Assembly: GCA_018302205.1 (NCBI GenBank)
Contig: JAGVZZ010000017.1
Span: forward strand, 1-34,479
Length of the DNA stretch: 34,479 nucleotides
Direction of reading: 5' to 3'
Source: Candidatus Woesearchaeota archaeon
GTDB taxonomy: Archaea > Nanobdellota > Nanobdellia > SCGC-AAA011-G17 > GW2011-AR17
The notes under the pieces were generated by a model. The model ran no database searches. It had not been told where the DNA came from and saw nothing but the letters and a program-made list of their open reading frames with translations. Positions 22,515-30,976 of the stretch are shown here, piece after piece (position 1 is the stretch's first letter; each line of letters begins with the position of its first letter). A program made the position numbers and the translations under genes.

Positions 22515-23360
22515 CTATTTTTCTTTGAAAAGTTTGATTTCTTCTAGTATATTCTTTGCCAACTCAGAATCCTTAACAATTAAAACTCTGAACTTACCTT
22601 TTTTGTGAATCATTTCAAGGAGTTCATTTAAATCTCCACAAGGGCAATCTTTGTATTTAACAAAATAATTTCCTAATTCTTGGTGAATTTGGTTGTCGCC
22701 GTAGAAATAAACAATTAAATCTCCTAGAACATTGGTTTTCCAAGAAAGATTTGTGTTATTTGAAACTAAAATTTTAAAGCCGATATCACGTTCAAATTTA
22801 AGGCAAAATTGATCAATTTTAAAATTGAATGCACAAATTCCATAGATCTTAGATTTTAATTTTGAAATGACTTGTTTTTCTCTAGCGGGATAAACTAATG
22901 GCCACCAATTATGGTGGTAATGCATGAGAATTTTTTTATCGGTATCAAAAAATTCGTTGAAATAATCTAAAAGCTCTAAAAAATAATTATCTAATTCAGC
23001 ATAAGAGCCAAAATCAAATGATAAAGAATCGCCTTCATTTTTCAATTCTAATAATTTATTGATTGAATGTTTCTTTTGAGAAGTATAATTTGAGATAATT
23101 AAATCTGAAAAAAGGCCAACTTGTTTTATCCATACAATATTGAGAAGATACTTTTTGTTCTCTTGAAGTATTATGTCTTCTTGAATTAAATGATTCAGTT
23201 CTTTATGGACTGATTGATATGAAACGGATTCGTTGAAATTATTTTTAATTTTTAATTTTAAATCCTTAACAGTTAATGGAAACTCGGAGGATAATATTAG
23301 AATTATTTTTTCTTTAACAGTTTTTGGAATCAATTTCGGGAGTAATGCTCTAATAATCAT
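22515..23360 (-). CDS. Hypothetical protein with N-terminal winged-helix-like domain
   Basis: 281 aa. KEKIILILSSEFPLTVKDLKLKI....VSYQSVHKELNHLIQEDIILQENKKY looks like a wHTH. A TATA ttatatataa lies about 25 nt upstream. Confidence 0.55.
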   Translation of the reverse strand: MIIRALLPKLIPKTVKEKIILILSSEFPLTVKDLKLKIKNNFNESVSYQSVHKELNHLIQEDIILQENKKYLLNIVWIKQVGLFSDLIISNYTSQKKHSINKLLELKNEGDSLSFDFGSYAELDNYFLELLDYFNEFFDTDKKILMHYHHNWWPLVYPAREKQVISKLKSKIYGICAFNFKIDQFCLKFERDIGFKILVSNNTNLSWKTNVLGDLIVYFYGDNQIHQELGNYFVKYKDCPCGDLNELLEMIHKKGKFRVLIVKDSELAKNILEEIKLFKEK

Positions 23361-23452
23361 TTTTGGAAATAAATTAACAATTATATATAAATGTTTGGAT
23401 TTTTAAACTGAATCGTTGAGTTTTTATTTAACTGAAATTTTAAGTAGTAGTT

Positions 23453-23809
23453 ATGACAATAAGAATTAATCATAAGGAAATGAATCTTCATATCAAAGAA
23501 AACGGATGTCAGGACAAAGAAGTTTTAATTCTTGATACAAGATTACCTTACTTTTATACAAAAGTTAAAGAATTGTTTCAAAAAGAGCCATCTGAAGTGA
23601 ATATTGTTTTTGTAAAAAATAAGGTTGAATTTGAACAAATCATTGGTGAAGCTTCTGAATCTTCTTGTACATATTCTGATGGGAATGCTATTTATATCTA
23701 TGAACCAAATCAATTTGGGATTGCGACAGAAGTACCAAGAGAAAATTTTTATGAAGCTTTATGCCAAGAATTGATTAATTTATTCTATAAACAAAATCGG
23801 TTAAATTAA
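23453..23809 (+). CDS. Hypothetical protein
   Basis: 118-aa ORF. An AT-rich box ttttattta lies about 27 nt upstream. No motif recognised. Confidence 0.5.
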   Translation: MTIRINHKEMNLHIKENGCQDKEVLILDTRLPYFYTKVKELFQKEPSEVNIVFVKNKVEFEQIIGEASESSCTYSDGNAIYIYEPNQFGIATEVPRENFYEALCQELINLFYKQNRLN

Positions 23810-24408
23810 ACTCTTAACCATTCATTTCTAAGGATTTCATCCCAAGAATTTGCTCTCTGAACCAAATCTGGGAGTTGGCTATAACTTGTATTCCAAGGGC
23901 GAGAAAATAATATACCCTTAATACCCTGATTTGCACAATCTCGAAGAGTATCAAGATTATCATCAATCATTAATTCTATATCGCCTTCAAGGCAAATTTG
24001 GGATTTACTAATAGAGCCTCCGGGATATAAATGGGTAAAATGTATTTCTCTAAAACAGCCAGGGCAATCTTTCTGTAGTCTAGCTTGGACTCTCTCATAT
24101 TGGTCAACACCAGAATCAGTGATCAAAACTAAATTATGCCCCCGACCAACCAAATCTAAGATTCCATTATTTGCTCCCTGGATTGATTTAGTTTTTTTTC
24201 TTGTCCTAGACCTTTCAAATTGGCCCATAAAAGAATGATATTGTTCTGGAGTTGAAAATCCAAGAATATGCTGAAGATTAAATGAAGTTAAATGATTTAA
24301 TTTCATTCTTCGGTTTGGAAATTTTTGATTAAAGTAAATTAATAAAGCTCTAGCATAATCATCCTTTACATCATCATAATCAATACCGATAGATTTGGTA
24401 AAAGGCAT
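23806..24408 (-). CDS. HAD-superfamily 5'(3')-nucleotidase-like hydrolase
   Basis: Motif I-like IGIDYDDV, a late LMIDDN, and ILFSRPWN, as in NT5C-type nucleotidases. Confidence 0.6.
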   Translation of the reverse strand: MPFTKSIGIDYDDVKDDYARALLIYFNQKFPNRRMKLNHLTSFNLQHILGFSTPEQYHSFMGQFERSRTRKKTKSIQGANNGILDLVGRGHNLVLITDSGVDQYERVQARLQKDCPGCFREIHFTHLYPGGSISKSQICLEGDIELMIDDNLDTLRDCANQGIKGILFSRPWNTSYSQLPDLVQRANSWDEILRNEWLRV

Positions 24409-24440
24409 TTAAAAAAAGTTTTTAAGGGAGTATTTAAACC

Positions 24441-25391
24441 TTACTTAATCTTCAAAAAACTCATTCCTTTAAGATTTTTGGTCATATATTCATTAGCTTT
24501 TTTGGTTATGTCTCCTGATGAAACAAAAATTGTTGGAAGTTTCATATTTTGGCCCTCTGTAAATGCTAATAATAAATCGCCCTCATTAGAGGATTTTTTA
24601 TGCCTGGCTTTTACAAAGTAAGACAAGTCACCCAATGTTGAAGGGACCTGGACAGTAAAGTTGATTTCTTTCTTGCCTAAAATTTTCTTTTCTAAGACTT
24701 TAATTTCTTTTTTCTTTAAGAAAATTGAAACGGTTTTTTCGAAATCAGTAGGCTCTTCTTTTTTATCAACTAATACTTCCTGTAAGAATTTTTTCTTAGA
24801 TTTAGGTTTTTCTTTTATTTCAGGAACTTTAGTTTCTTTGATTTTGATTTCTTCTTTTTTTATTTCTGGCTCTTTGATAATTTCTTTTTCTATTATTGGT
24901 TCTGTTTCTGATTCTTTAGTAGGATATAATTGTTCAAGCTGTTTCCCTATTAAATCTTTAGCCAGTGTGTCCTCAATAATATACCATTTCCAAAATAATT
25001 CTTCAGTATCATTGATGGTTAATTTAACGGGTATTGCGAAATCCATTAATTCACGTAGAGCTACTCTTTCAAAAGGCAAACAATCTCTATCCCTAAGGAC
25101 TTTTTTTTCTCTAAGTAAGTCTAGTGCTTCGCGAGGTTTTTGTCCAATGCTATTACGAAGCATATCTGGAAGTTTGGATTCTTGTTCTTTACAATAATAA
25201 ACTGGAGAACCACCAATCTTTGCCTTAGAAATCTTAATACGTTTATTTGATGCTAACTCAGATAATAGTGCTGAAATGAAAATGTTTGTAGAACGGAATT
25301 CTTTTGAAGCCTCAGAAGGAAGTATTGGGCCATTTCGTTGAACATATTCAAATAATCTTTCCTTTAGTTCAAGAATTCTGTTGGGGGACAT
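24441..25391 (-). CDS. Winged-helix protein with a Lys/Glu-rich linker and a C-terminal globular domain
   Basis: 316 aa: an N-terminal wH-like region (..NGPILPSEASKEF....ISALLSELASNKRIKISKAKIGGSPVYY) and a K/E/I/P low-complexity stretch. The C-terminal domain was not recognised. Confidence 0.6.
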   Translation of the reverse strand: MSPNRILELKERLFEYVQRNGPILPSEASKEFRSTNIFISALLSELASNKRIKISKAKIGGSPVYYCKEQESKLPDMLRNSIGQKPREALDLLREKKVLRDRDCLPFERVALRELMDFAIPVKLTINDTEELFWKWYIIEDTLAKDLIGKQLEQLYPTKESETEPIIEKEIIKEPEIKKEEIKIKETKVPEIKEKPKSKKKFLQEVLVDKKEEPTDFEKTVSIFLKKKEIKVLEKKILGKKEINFTVQVPSTLGDLSYFVKARHKKSSNEGDLLLAFTEGQNMKLPTIFVSSGDITKKANEYMTKNLKGMSFLKIK

Positions 25392-25445
25392 AATTAACTT
25401 TAGGAGAAGAGAGTTTGTAAACTTTTCTATTCTTTAGAAGATATC

Positions 25446-27395
25446 TTAGTTTTTTACTGTTGATATTTGAAGAGGTAATTTTCGTTTCTTTTTTGGGATT
25501 TTACCCTTTGGTTCTTCTTCTATTTTAGATGATTTTTTAGCTTTACAATCTATTGTTAAACTTCTTACTAATCCTATTGGGGAACCTACACCATCTTTTT
25601 TTACCTTTGCACGCAATTTAAAATTTAAATCATCTAAATCTGTTTCATGATCAATCAAATCACTAACTGCAGCAATCATTTCATAAGGATCATATCTTAA
25701 TAAAACATTTCCATTAAAATCCTTTTTTGTCAAATATTCATAAGCAATATTTCCTATTACAAAAGAAGGAATCATTCCAATAATTCCAAAAAGAGTTGAT
25801 GTATCTGAATCTAATCCAAGATAATTTAATGCTAAACCAAACCCTAAACCGCCAATTGGTGCAATAGCAAAACCAGCAATTATTCCATCTTTACCAAAAT
25901 AGTTTTGTTTACCATAATGATCATATTTTTTGCCAACATTAACAACATGTTCTTCAAATAAAATTTTTGCTAAAGCACGATCTCTTCGATCATCCATATT
26001 TAAACCGTAATCTTTATCAACTTTTGTTTCAAGATTAGCATGCCCTATTCTTTTTCTAAGTGCTTTTATTCTTTTTCTACCCATTTGATTTTTTTGGTCA
26101 CTAAAATTATAAGCAGTAGCAAAAAAATATTCAAGATCATTCATAGAAATTCCCTTTTGATTTGCTTTTTCAATTAATTTTCTTAAATCATCATCAACTA
26201 ATCTTCCAAAGTAATCTCTATTATCATCAAATACAATTTTTTCTAAATAAAATAAGTTTATTCTTGGTACTCCAAAGATATTTTCATCTGGGATAATACT
26301 TCTCAACCGATTTAATGATTTTGGTTGAATACCATCTTTTAATTGTTTTATTATTTCATCAATAGCCTCCTTTATGTTTGGAGCCATTAAATCATGATTA
26401 TTAGTAACATAATCTTCTAATTCTTTAATTATTACAGGTATTGTTTTATTTGATTCTAGCTGTTTTAATACAAAATATTTTGGTTCAACATCTGGAATGT
26501 TCCAACTATTTGTTGAATGAACTTTTTCTTCTAAAGAAACTGCAGTTTCAGGATCAGCATTAAAATCAGCTAACAAGCTTTCACCAGAATTATATCTTTG
26601 AGTTAGTATATTTCCTAGAGTTTCTCTAATTGCTCTTGCTCTACCTGCACCAAGACTTTTGAGATTATCTTCGAATTTATCATAATCAACCTTTTCTGAA
26701 GTTTTACCACATTCAAATTTTGAAATCTCACCACAAACTAATTCATACAAAACTAAACCCAAAGAATAAAAATCACTAGCAGGACTTGCTTCACCAGCCA
26801 TTTGATCTAATGAAATGTATTTTAAAGTTCCTTGAACTGTTCTTAACGAAGTACCAAAGGTTTTATCAACCTTATCTGTTACACTGCCTAAATCTAAGAT
26901 TCTAACTTTTTCTCCTTTACCAACCATAATATTTGAAGGTTTAATATCTCTATGCGCTTTTGTTGAATCTCCAGACCTATGTAAATAATCTAAAGCTTCA
27001 ACTGCTTGCTGAAAATAATTTAAACTATCTTCTAGAGAAACACCTTCTTTGATTTTTTCTTCAAGAGTTTTACCTGGGATATATTCCATTACAAGGCCTT
27101 TTGAAACCAGCCCTCTATCAGAATGTGAATACAAACCAAACACTTTTGGAAAAGCAGGATTATCTAATGCCATTAATTCTTTAACTTCTCTTTCAACAAC
27201 TTCATATAATTTAAGAGCATCATCAGAACCAGAAGCAGCTTTTCTATTGATTTCTTTTAAGGCATAATAATGACCATCTTTATCTTTGACTAAGAAAACT
27301 TGAGCACTACCACAATCTGAACTTAATACACTTTCAATTAAAAAATCATCAGAATTATATAATCTCAATCCTCCAAAAATTGGTTCGCTAGCCAT
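25446..27395 (-). CDS. Ser/Thr protein kinase (Hanks-type) with a long C-terminal extension and membrane segment
   Basis: YYALKEI (VAIK-like Lys), the catalytic loop AHRDIKPSNIMV, ILDLGS (DLG in place of DFG), GTLKYISLDQ. A hydrophobic stretch GIIAGFAIAPIGGLGFGLALNYLG...LFGIIGMIPSFVIGNIAY lies near the C-terminus. Confidence 0.8.
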   Translation of the reverse strand: MASEPIFGGLRLYNSDDFLIESVLSSDCGSAQVFLVKDKDGHYYALKEINRKAASGSDDALKLYEVVEREVKELMALDNPAFPKVFGLYSHSDRGLVSKGLVMEYIPGKTLEEKIKEGVSLEDSLNYFQQAVEALDYLHRSGDSTKAHRDIKPSNIMVGKGEKVRILDLGSVTDKVDKTFGTSLRTVQGTLKYISLDQMAGEASPASDFYSLGLVLYELVCGEISKFECGKTSEKVDYDKFEDNLKSLGAGRARAIRETLGNILTQRYNSGESLLADFNADPETAVSLEEKVHSTNSWNIPDVEPKYFVLKQLESNKTIPVIIKELEDYVTNNHDLMAPNIKEAIDEIIKQLKDGIQPKSLNRLRSIIPDENIFGVPRINLFYLEKIVFDDNRDYFGRLVDDDLRKLIEKANQKGISMNDLEYFFATAYNFSDQKNQMGRKRIKALRKRIGHANLETKVDKDYGLNMDDRRDRALAKILFEEHVVNVGKKYDHYGKQNYFGKDGIIAGFAIAPIGGLGFGLALNYLGLDSDTSTLFGIIGMIPSFVIGNIAYEYLTKKDFNGNVLLRYDPYEMIAAVSDLIDHETDLDDLNFKLRAKVKKDGVGSPIGLVRSLTIDCKAKKSSKIEEEPKGKIPKKKRKLPLQISTVKN

Positions 27396-27419
27396 GAAAA
27401 AAAAAATGTATTCAAATAG

Positions 27420-27427
27420 TTTATAAA
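27420..27427 (-). promoter_or_regulatory. TATA box for the kinase gene
   Basis: gTTTATAAAcc is centred about 28 nt upstream of the ATG. Confidence 0.45.
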
Positions 27428-27463
27428 CCTTCCGATTAATTTACTTCTTATGAGTGATTAATA

Positions 27464-28000
27464 TTATGGTCTAGTCCATTTGATTTCGTAATAGGTTACA
27501 TCGCCTTCTTCATCAACAACAGCAATTAAAAGCCTTTTACGGGTAGAATGGGCAACTCTGTTCTTGGATGAAAAATCATACCAAGTCATTGTACTAGATT
27601 CGGCTACTGGGAACATAATCCATTTTGCATGATCATCACCAGGTTTGATCCCACGATCATATACTCTAAAGTCGGCACCAAATTTTAATGCAGTTTTTAC
27701 TACATAACCACGATTACGCATATCCTTAAAAGCTGAATATCTAATAAAAAAATTAGCTTCTTTTTTTACGGCTATTCTTAGTAAGGAATCAAAATCCAAA
27801 AGTTTTTTTCCTTTAGTAATTTGCATTTTTTCACGTTCTAACAAATAAAGAGCTTCGACAAGGGAATATTGAAATTTTTTGTGATAAGGTTCTCCGTATC
27901 GAGTTTTATCATAAAATTCATTAGAAGCATTGCTATTTGAAGCGAGAACTTTATCACCAATATATTCAGCATTAATGACTTGAGCAATATCTTCTGACAT
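27464..28000 (-). CDS. endA: tRNA-splicing endonuclease, single-unit (about 180 aa) type
   Basis: The size and overall pattern are typical of archaeal EndA: N-terminal ....YGE........LSLVEALYLLE..K..I, and C-terminal GY.V..G.KFGADFRVY...........H..W. Confidence 0.8.
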   Translation of the reverse strand: MSEDIAQVINAEYIGDKVLASNSNASNEFYDKTRYGEPYHKKFQYSLVEALYLLEREKMQITKGKKLLDFDSLLRIAVKKEANFFIRYSAFKDMRNRGYVVKTALKFGADFRVYDRGIKPGDDHAKWIMFPVAESSTMTWYDFSSKNRVAHSTRKRLLIAVVDEEGDVTYYEIKWTRP

Positions 28001-28020
28001 TCTTTAAAATAAAGATAAAG

Positions 28021-28030
28021 TATTTAAAAA
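28021..28030. promoter_or_regulatory. Single central TATA-like element shared by divergent endA and rnz
   Basis: tatttaaaaa is centred at about 28025.5. It is equidistant (about 25 nt) from the endA ATG (28000) and the rnz ATG (28051), within a 50-nt spacer. Confidence 0.45.
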
Positions 28031-28050
28031 CCTTTTCTTTCATTATACAT

Positions 28051-28944
28051 ATGGAAATAGTATTGTTAGGAACAAGCTCTATGGTGCCAACCGTAGAAAG
28101 GAATCATTCAAGTTCTTGGTTAAAATACGAAAATGAAAATATATTAATAGATTGTGGAGAAGGAACACAGAGGCAGATTAGAAAAGCTAAACTCTCTGCA
28201 ATGAAGATTACTAAAATTCTGATTACTCATTGGCATGGGGACCACATTTTAGGTTTACCAGGATTATTTCTAACTTTAGGAATGCATGATTTTTCTGGAG
28301 TGATTGAAGTTTATGTGCCGAATGGAACAAAAGAATATATGCATAAAATGATGGGATTCTTTATTGGAAGTGAAGTTGCAAGGTATAAAATCATTGAAGT
28401 AGAACAAGGTATGTTCTTTGAAAATGAAAAATTCAAGCTTGAAGCTAAATGGTTAGAGCATGGAGTTAAAACCTTAGGATATAGTTTCATTGAAAAAGAT
28501 AAAAGAAAAATTTTAATGAATAAATTGAAAAAAGTGGGTGTGAAACCAGGGCCACATATTAAACAATTACAAGCTGGAAAAGATATTGTTGTTAACGGAA
28601 AGAAAATCAAAGCTAAGGATTATACACAATTGATTAAAGGGAAAAAAGTTACTTTTGTAAGTGATACTAGAAAGTGTAAGAATGCAATTGAACTTGCAAA
28701 AGAAGCGGATATTTTATTTTCAGAAGCGTGTTACTTGAATGATTTTAAAGATTTAGCAAAACAAAGAATGCATATGACTGCAGAAGATGCAGCAACAATA
28801 GCTAAGCAAGCAAAAGCAAAAAGATTGGTAATGGTACATTTTTCTCAAAGATATAGTAACCTAAAAGACTTTGAAAAACAAGCTAAAAAAGTTTTTAAGA
28901 AAAGTGAAGCAGGAAAAGATTTAGAAAAATTTAATCTTTCTTAA
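28051..28944 (+). CDS. rnz: Ribonuclease Z (tRNA 3' endonuclease, metallo-beta-lactamase fold)
   Basis: LGTSSMVPT, IDCGEGTQRQ, ITHWHGDHILGLPGL (the HxHxDH motif), and HFSQRY near the C-terminus. Confidence 0.88.
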   Translation: MEIVLLGTSSMVPTVERNHSSSWLKYENENILIDCGEGTQRQIRKAKLSAMKITKILITHWHGDHILGLPGLFLTLGMHDFSGVIEVYVPNGTKEYMHKMMGFFIGSEVARYKIIEVEQGMFFENEKFKLEAKWLEHGVKTLGYSFIEKDKRKILMNKLKKVGVKPGPHIKQLQAGKDIVVNGKKIKAKDYTQLIKGKKVTFVSDTRKCKNAIELAKEADILFSEACYLNDFKDLAKQRMHMTAEDAATIAKQAKAKRLVMVHFSQRYSNLKDFEKQAKKVFKKSEAGKDLEKFNLS

Positions 28945-29782
28945 GTTTTAATTGTAATTGCAAAAATAAGTAAATACTTGCAATTATTGATACAGAAATT
29001 GAAATGAATATCTGTAGAATGGACCAAATATATGTTGGGTAAACATTAGGAATTAACTCTATAATTTGAGAGAAAATATTCGAAACCCCTGAGACAATCA
29101 AACTCAAAGCAAATACCATTAAACCACTGAAAAGAACAAAGGAGGTCTTATTTTTAATCAATTTGAATGATTCTCTTAATAATTTAATTGGATGTTTATT
29201 TGATTTTAAAAACATCATTTGATACACGAAAAGTAAACCGAATTTTAATAAGATAAAAAGGACTAACCCGATTCCAATCATTACTGCTAATGAGATCATA
29301 GTTGCAGAATCGGGACCCCAATTTGAGAATATTAAATAAACTAAACCACCTAGGATTAAAGTCAATAAAAGCCCAATACCGAATATTAGAAATATACCTG
29401 CTCTCAATAAAACAATAGGCCAGAAAAAGGGTTTACACTTTACAAAAGAATTTTTCAAAGAAGCTTTCTTATTATGCATTAAGTCTGTAATCATATCAAA
29501 TTTGATTGCAGTAATACCAACACCGACGAAAAAGGTGATAATAATGAATAATAAGGATGAGATAATTATCTGAGTCATATTTTCGCTAAAAAAATTCTTC
29601 ATTAGCTCTAAAGAAGCATCTTCAGCCGATTGAACTAAAGGCATAATCTCGGATGCACCAGTATAAAAGTAAACAACTGCTAACAAAGAATAAATAATCA
29701 ATAAAGAAATTGCATCAGGTAAAATTAATATTAAGTTTTTCTTGAATAAATTAAAACTTTCTTTTAAATTCTTAAATGACAT
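28931..29782 (-). CDS. Polytopic membrane protein of unknown function
   Basis: 283 aa with at least 6 hydrophobic segments. Its 3' end overlaps the rnz 3' end by 14 nt. Confidence 0.6.
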   Translation of the reverse strand: MSFKNLKESFNLFKKNLILILPDAISLLIIYSLLAVVYFYTGASEIMPLVQSAEDASLELMKNFFSENMTQIIISSLLFIIITFFVGVGITAIKFDMITDLMHNKKASLKNSFVKCKPFFWPIVLLRAGIFLIFGIGLLLTLILGGLVYLIFSNWGPDSATMISLAVMIGIGLVLFILLKFGLLFVYQMMFLKSNKHPIKLLRESFKLIKNKTSFVLFSGLMVFALSLIVSGVSNIFSQIIELIPNVYPTYIWSILQIFISISVSIIASIYLFLQLQLKLKKD

Positions 29783-29822
29783 GAGGATAGAGTTTAATTA
29801 AGTGTTTAAATATTTTTTGTAG

Positions 29823-30923
29823 TTATTTTAATATTAGTTCTACTATCGCTTCTGAATGAGGTGTTTGCGGGAATAAATCAAATAATGCGGCAGAATTTAC
29901 TTTATACTCATGAAGTTTAACTAAATCTTTAGAGAGTTGTTGAGGATTACATGAAATGTATATAATTAAGTAAGGTTTTAATTCTTTTATTGCATTAATG
30001 GTTTTAGGATCCATTCCGGTTCTCGGGGGATCTGTGATTAAGTATATCGGAGTTTTTAGGTTTAAATTTTTCAAATATTTTGAATCCATAGCAAATGCTT
30101 CAACATTGTCTAAGTTGTTTAGTTGAATATTATGGTTTGCCATCTCTATAGATTCTTTAGAAAATTCTACGATTGTGACTTTTTTGAATAGTTCAGAGTT
30201 AATAATTCCAAAAGTCCCAACACCGCCATATAAATCTAATAAATTATTTTCTTTTGTAGGATATTTGGAGAGTATTTCAGAACAATATTCGTGCATTTTC
30301 TTTGCCATTAAATGATTATTTTGGAAAAAGCTTTGTATAGAATAATGGAAATTTTTATTATGATAATTAATTGTTAAATAATCGTTTCCCTTTACCACAA
30401 AAAAATCTGAAGAAGTGCTTACATCCGTTTCTGGGGGAACATATGTTACTAAAATATTTTCAGCCGAAGTTTTTTCAGCAAAAGATTTGATTTGTTCTAT
30501 CGCTTCACCAAGTTTTGTGGACTTTGAATTTAAAACAAAAGAGATTGAAGAATCATCAGCAGTACGAATAACTGCATACCTAAATGTACCTGAATGTTTT
30601 TTTACATCAAAAGTATCATTATTAGTGAAGAAGGATTGTATTTCTGACATAAAAGTATTTATTTTTTTGTCTGCAATTAAGCAATTATCAATTGGAACGA
30701 TCTTCTGCCATTCAGACTTTTTTCTTAGCCCTAGGCTGTTTGATGTGAAAATAAGGTCCATACGGTTTCTATAGTTGTATTTTTCCTCTGAAAAAACCTT
30801 AACAGGGATTTTGGTAATTATCTCAAGCTGTTTTTTCTTGTTCTCTAATTGTAGCTCATAGGGAATATGCTGAGCTGAACAACCACCACAATTCCCAAAA
30901 TATTTACAATCTGGTTCAACCAT
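29823..30923 (-). CDS. RumA/TrmA-family RNA (uracil-C5) methyltransferase, without a TRAM domain
   Basis: N-terminal Fe-S cluster cysteines CKYFGNCGGCSAQH. SAM-binding LLDLYGGVGTFG, DPPRTG, and the catalytic-Cys motif YISCNP. Confidence 0.8.
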   Translation of the reverse strand: MVEPDCKYFGNCGGCSAQHIPYELQLENKKKQLEIITKIPVKVFSEEKYNYRNRMDLIFTSNSLGLRKKSEWQKIVPIDNCLIADKKINTFMSEIQSFFTNNDTFDVKKHSGTFRYAVIRTADDSSISFVLNSKSTKLGEAIEQIKSFAEKTSAENILVTYVPPETDVSTSSDFFVVKGNDYLTINYHNKNFHYSIQSFFQNNHLMAKKMHEYCSEILSKYPTKENNLLDLYGGVGTFGIINSELFKKVTIVEFSKESIEMANHNIQLNNLDNVEAFAMDSKYLKNLNLKTPIYLITDPPRTGMDPKTINAIKELKPYLIIYISCNPQQLSKDLVKLHEYKVNSAALFDLFPQTPHSEAIVELILK

Positions 30924-30945
30924 AAAGTATGTGATTTAAGAAACA

Positions 30946-30955
30946 CTTAAAAAGG
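30946..30955. promoter_or_regulatory. Single central AT-rich box shared by the divergent methyltransferase and radical SAM genes
   Basis: cttaaaaagg is centred at about 30950.5. It lies 27.5 nt from the ATG at 30923 and 26.5 nt from the ATG at 30977. Confidence 0.4.
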
Positions 30956-30976
30956 TTTGCAAAGCTAATTTTTACT

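Noticed and set aside
24661-25197. A 178-aa plus-strand ORF.
   Set aside because: It lies entirely antisense to the 316-aa winged-helix gene. Its S/F/L-rich low-complexity sequence mirrors the K/E-rich linker. It is a shadow ORF.
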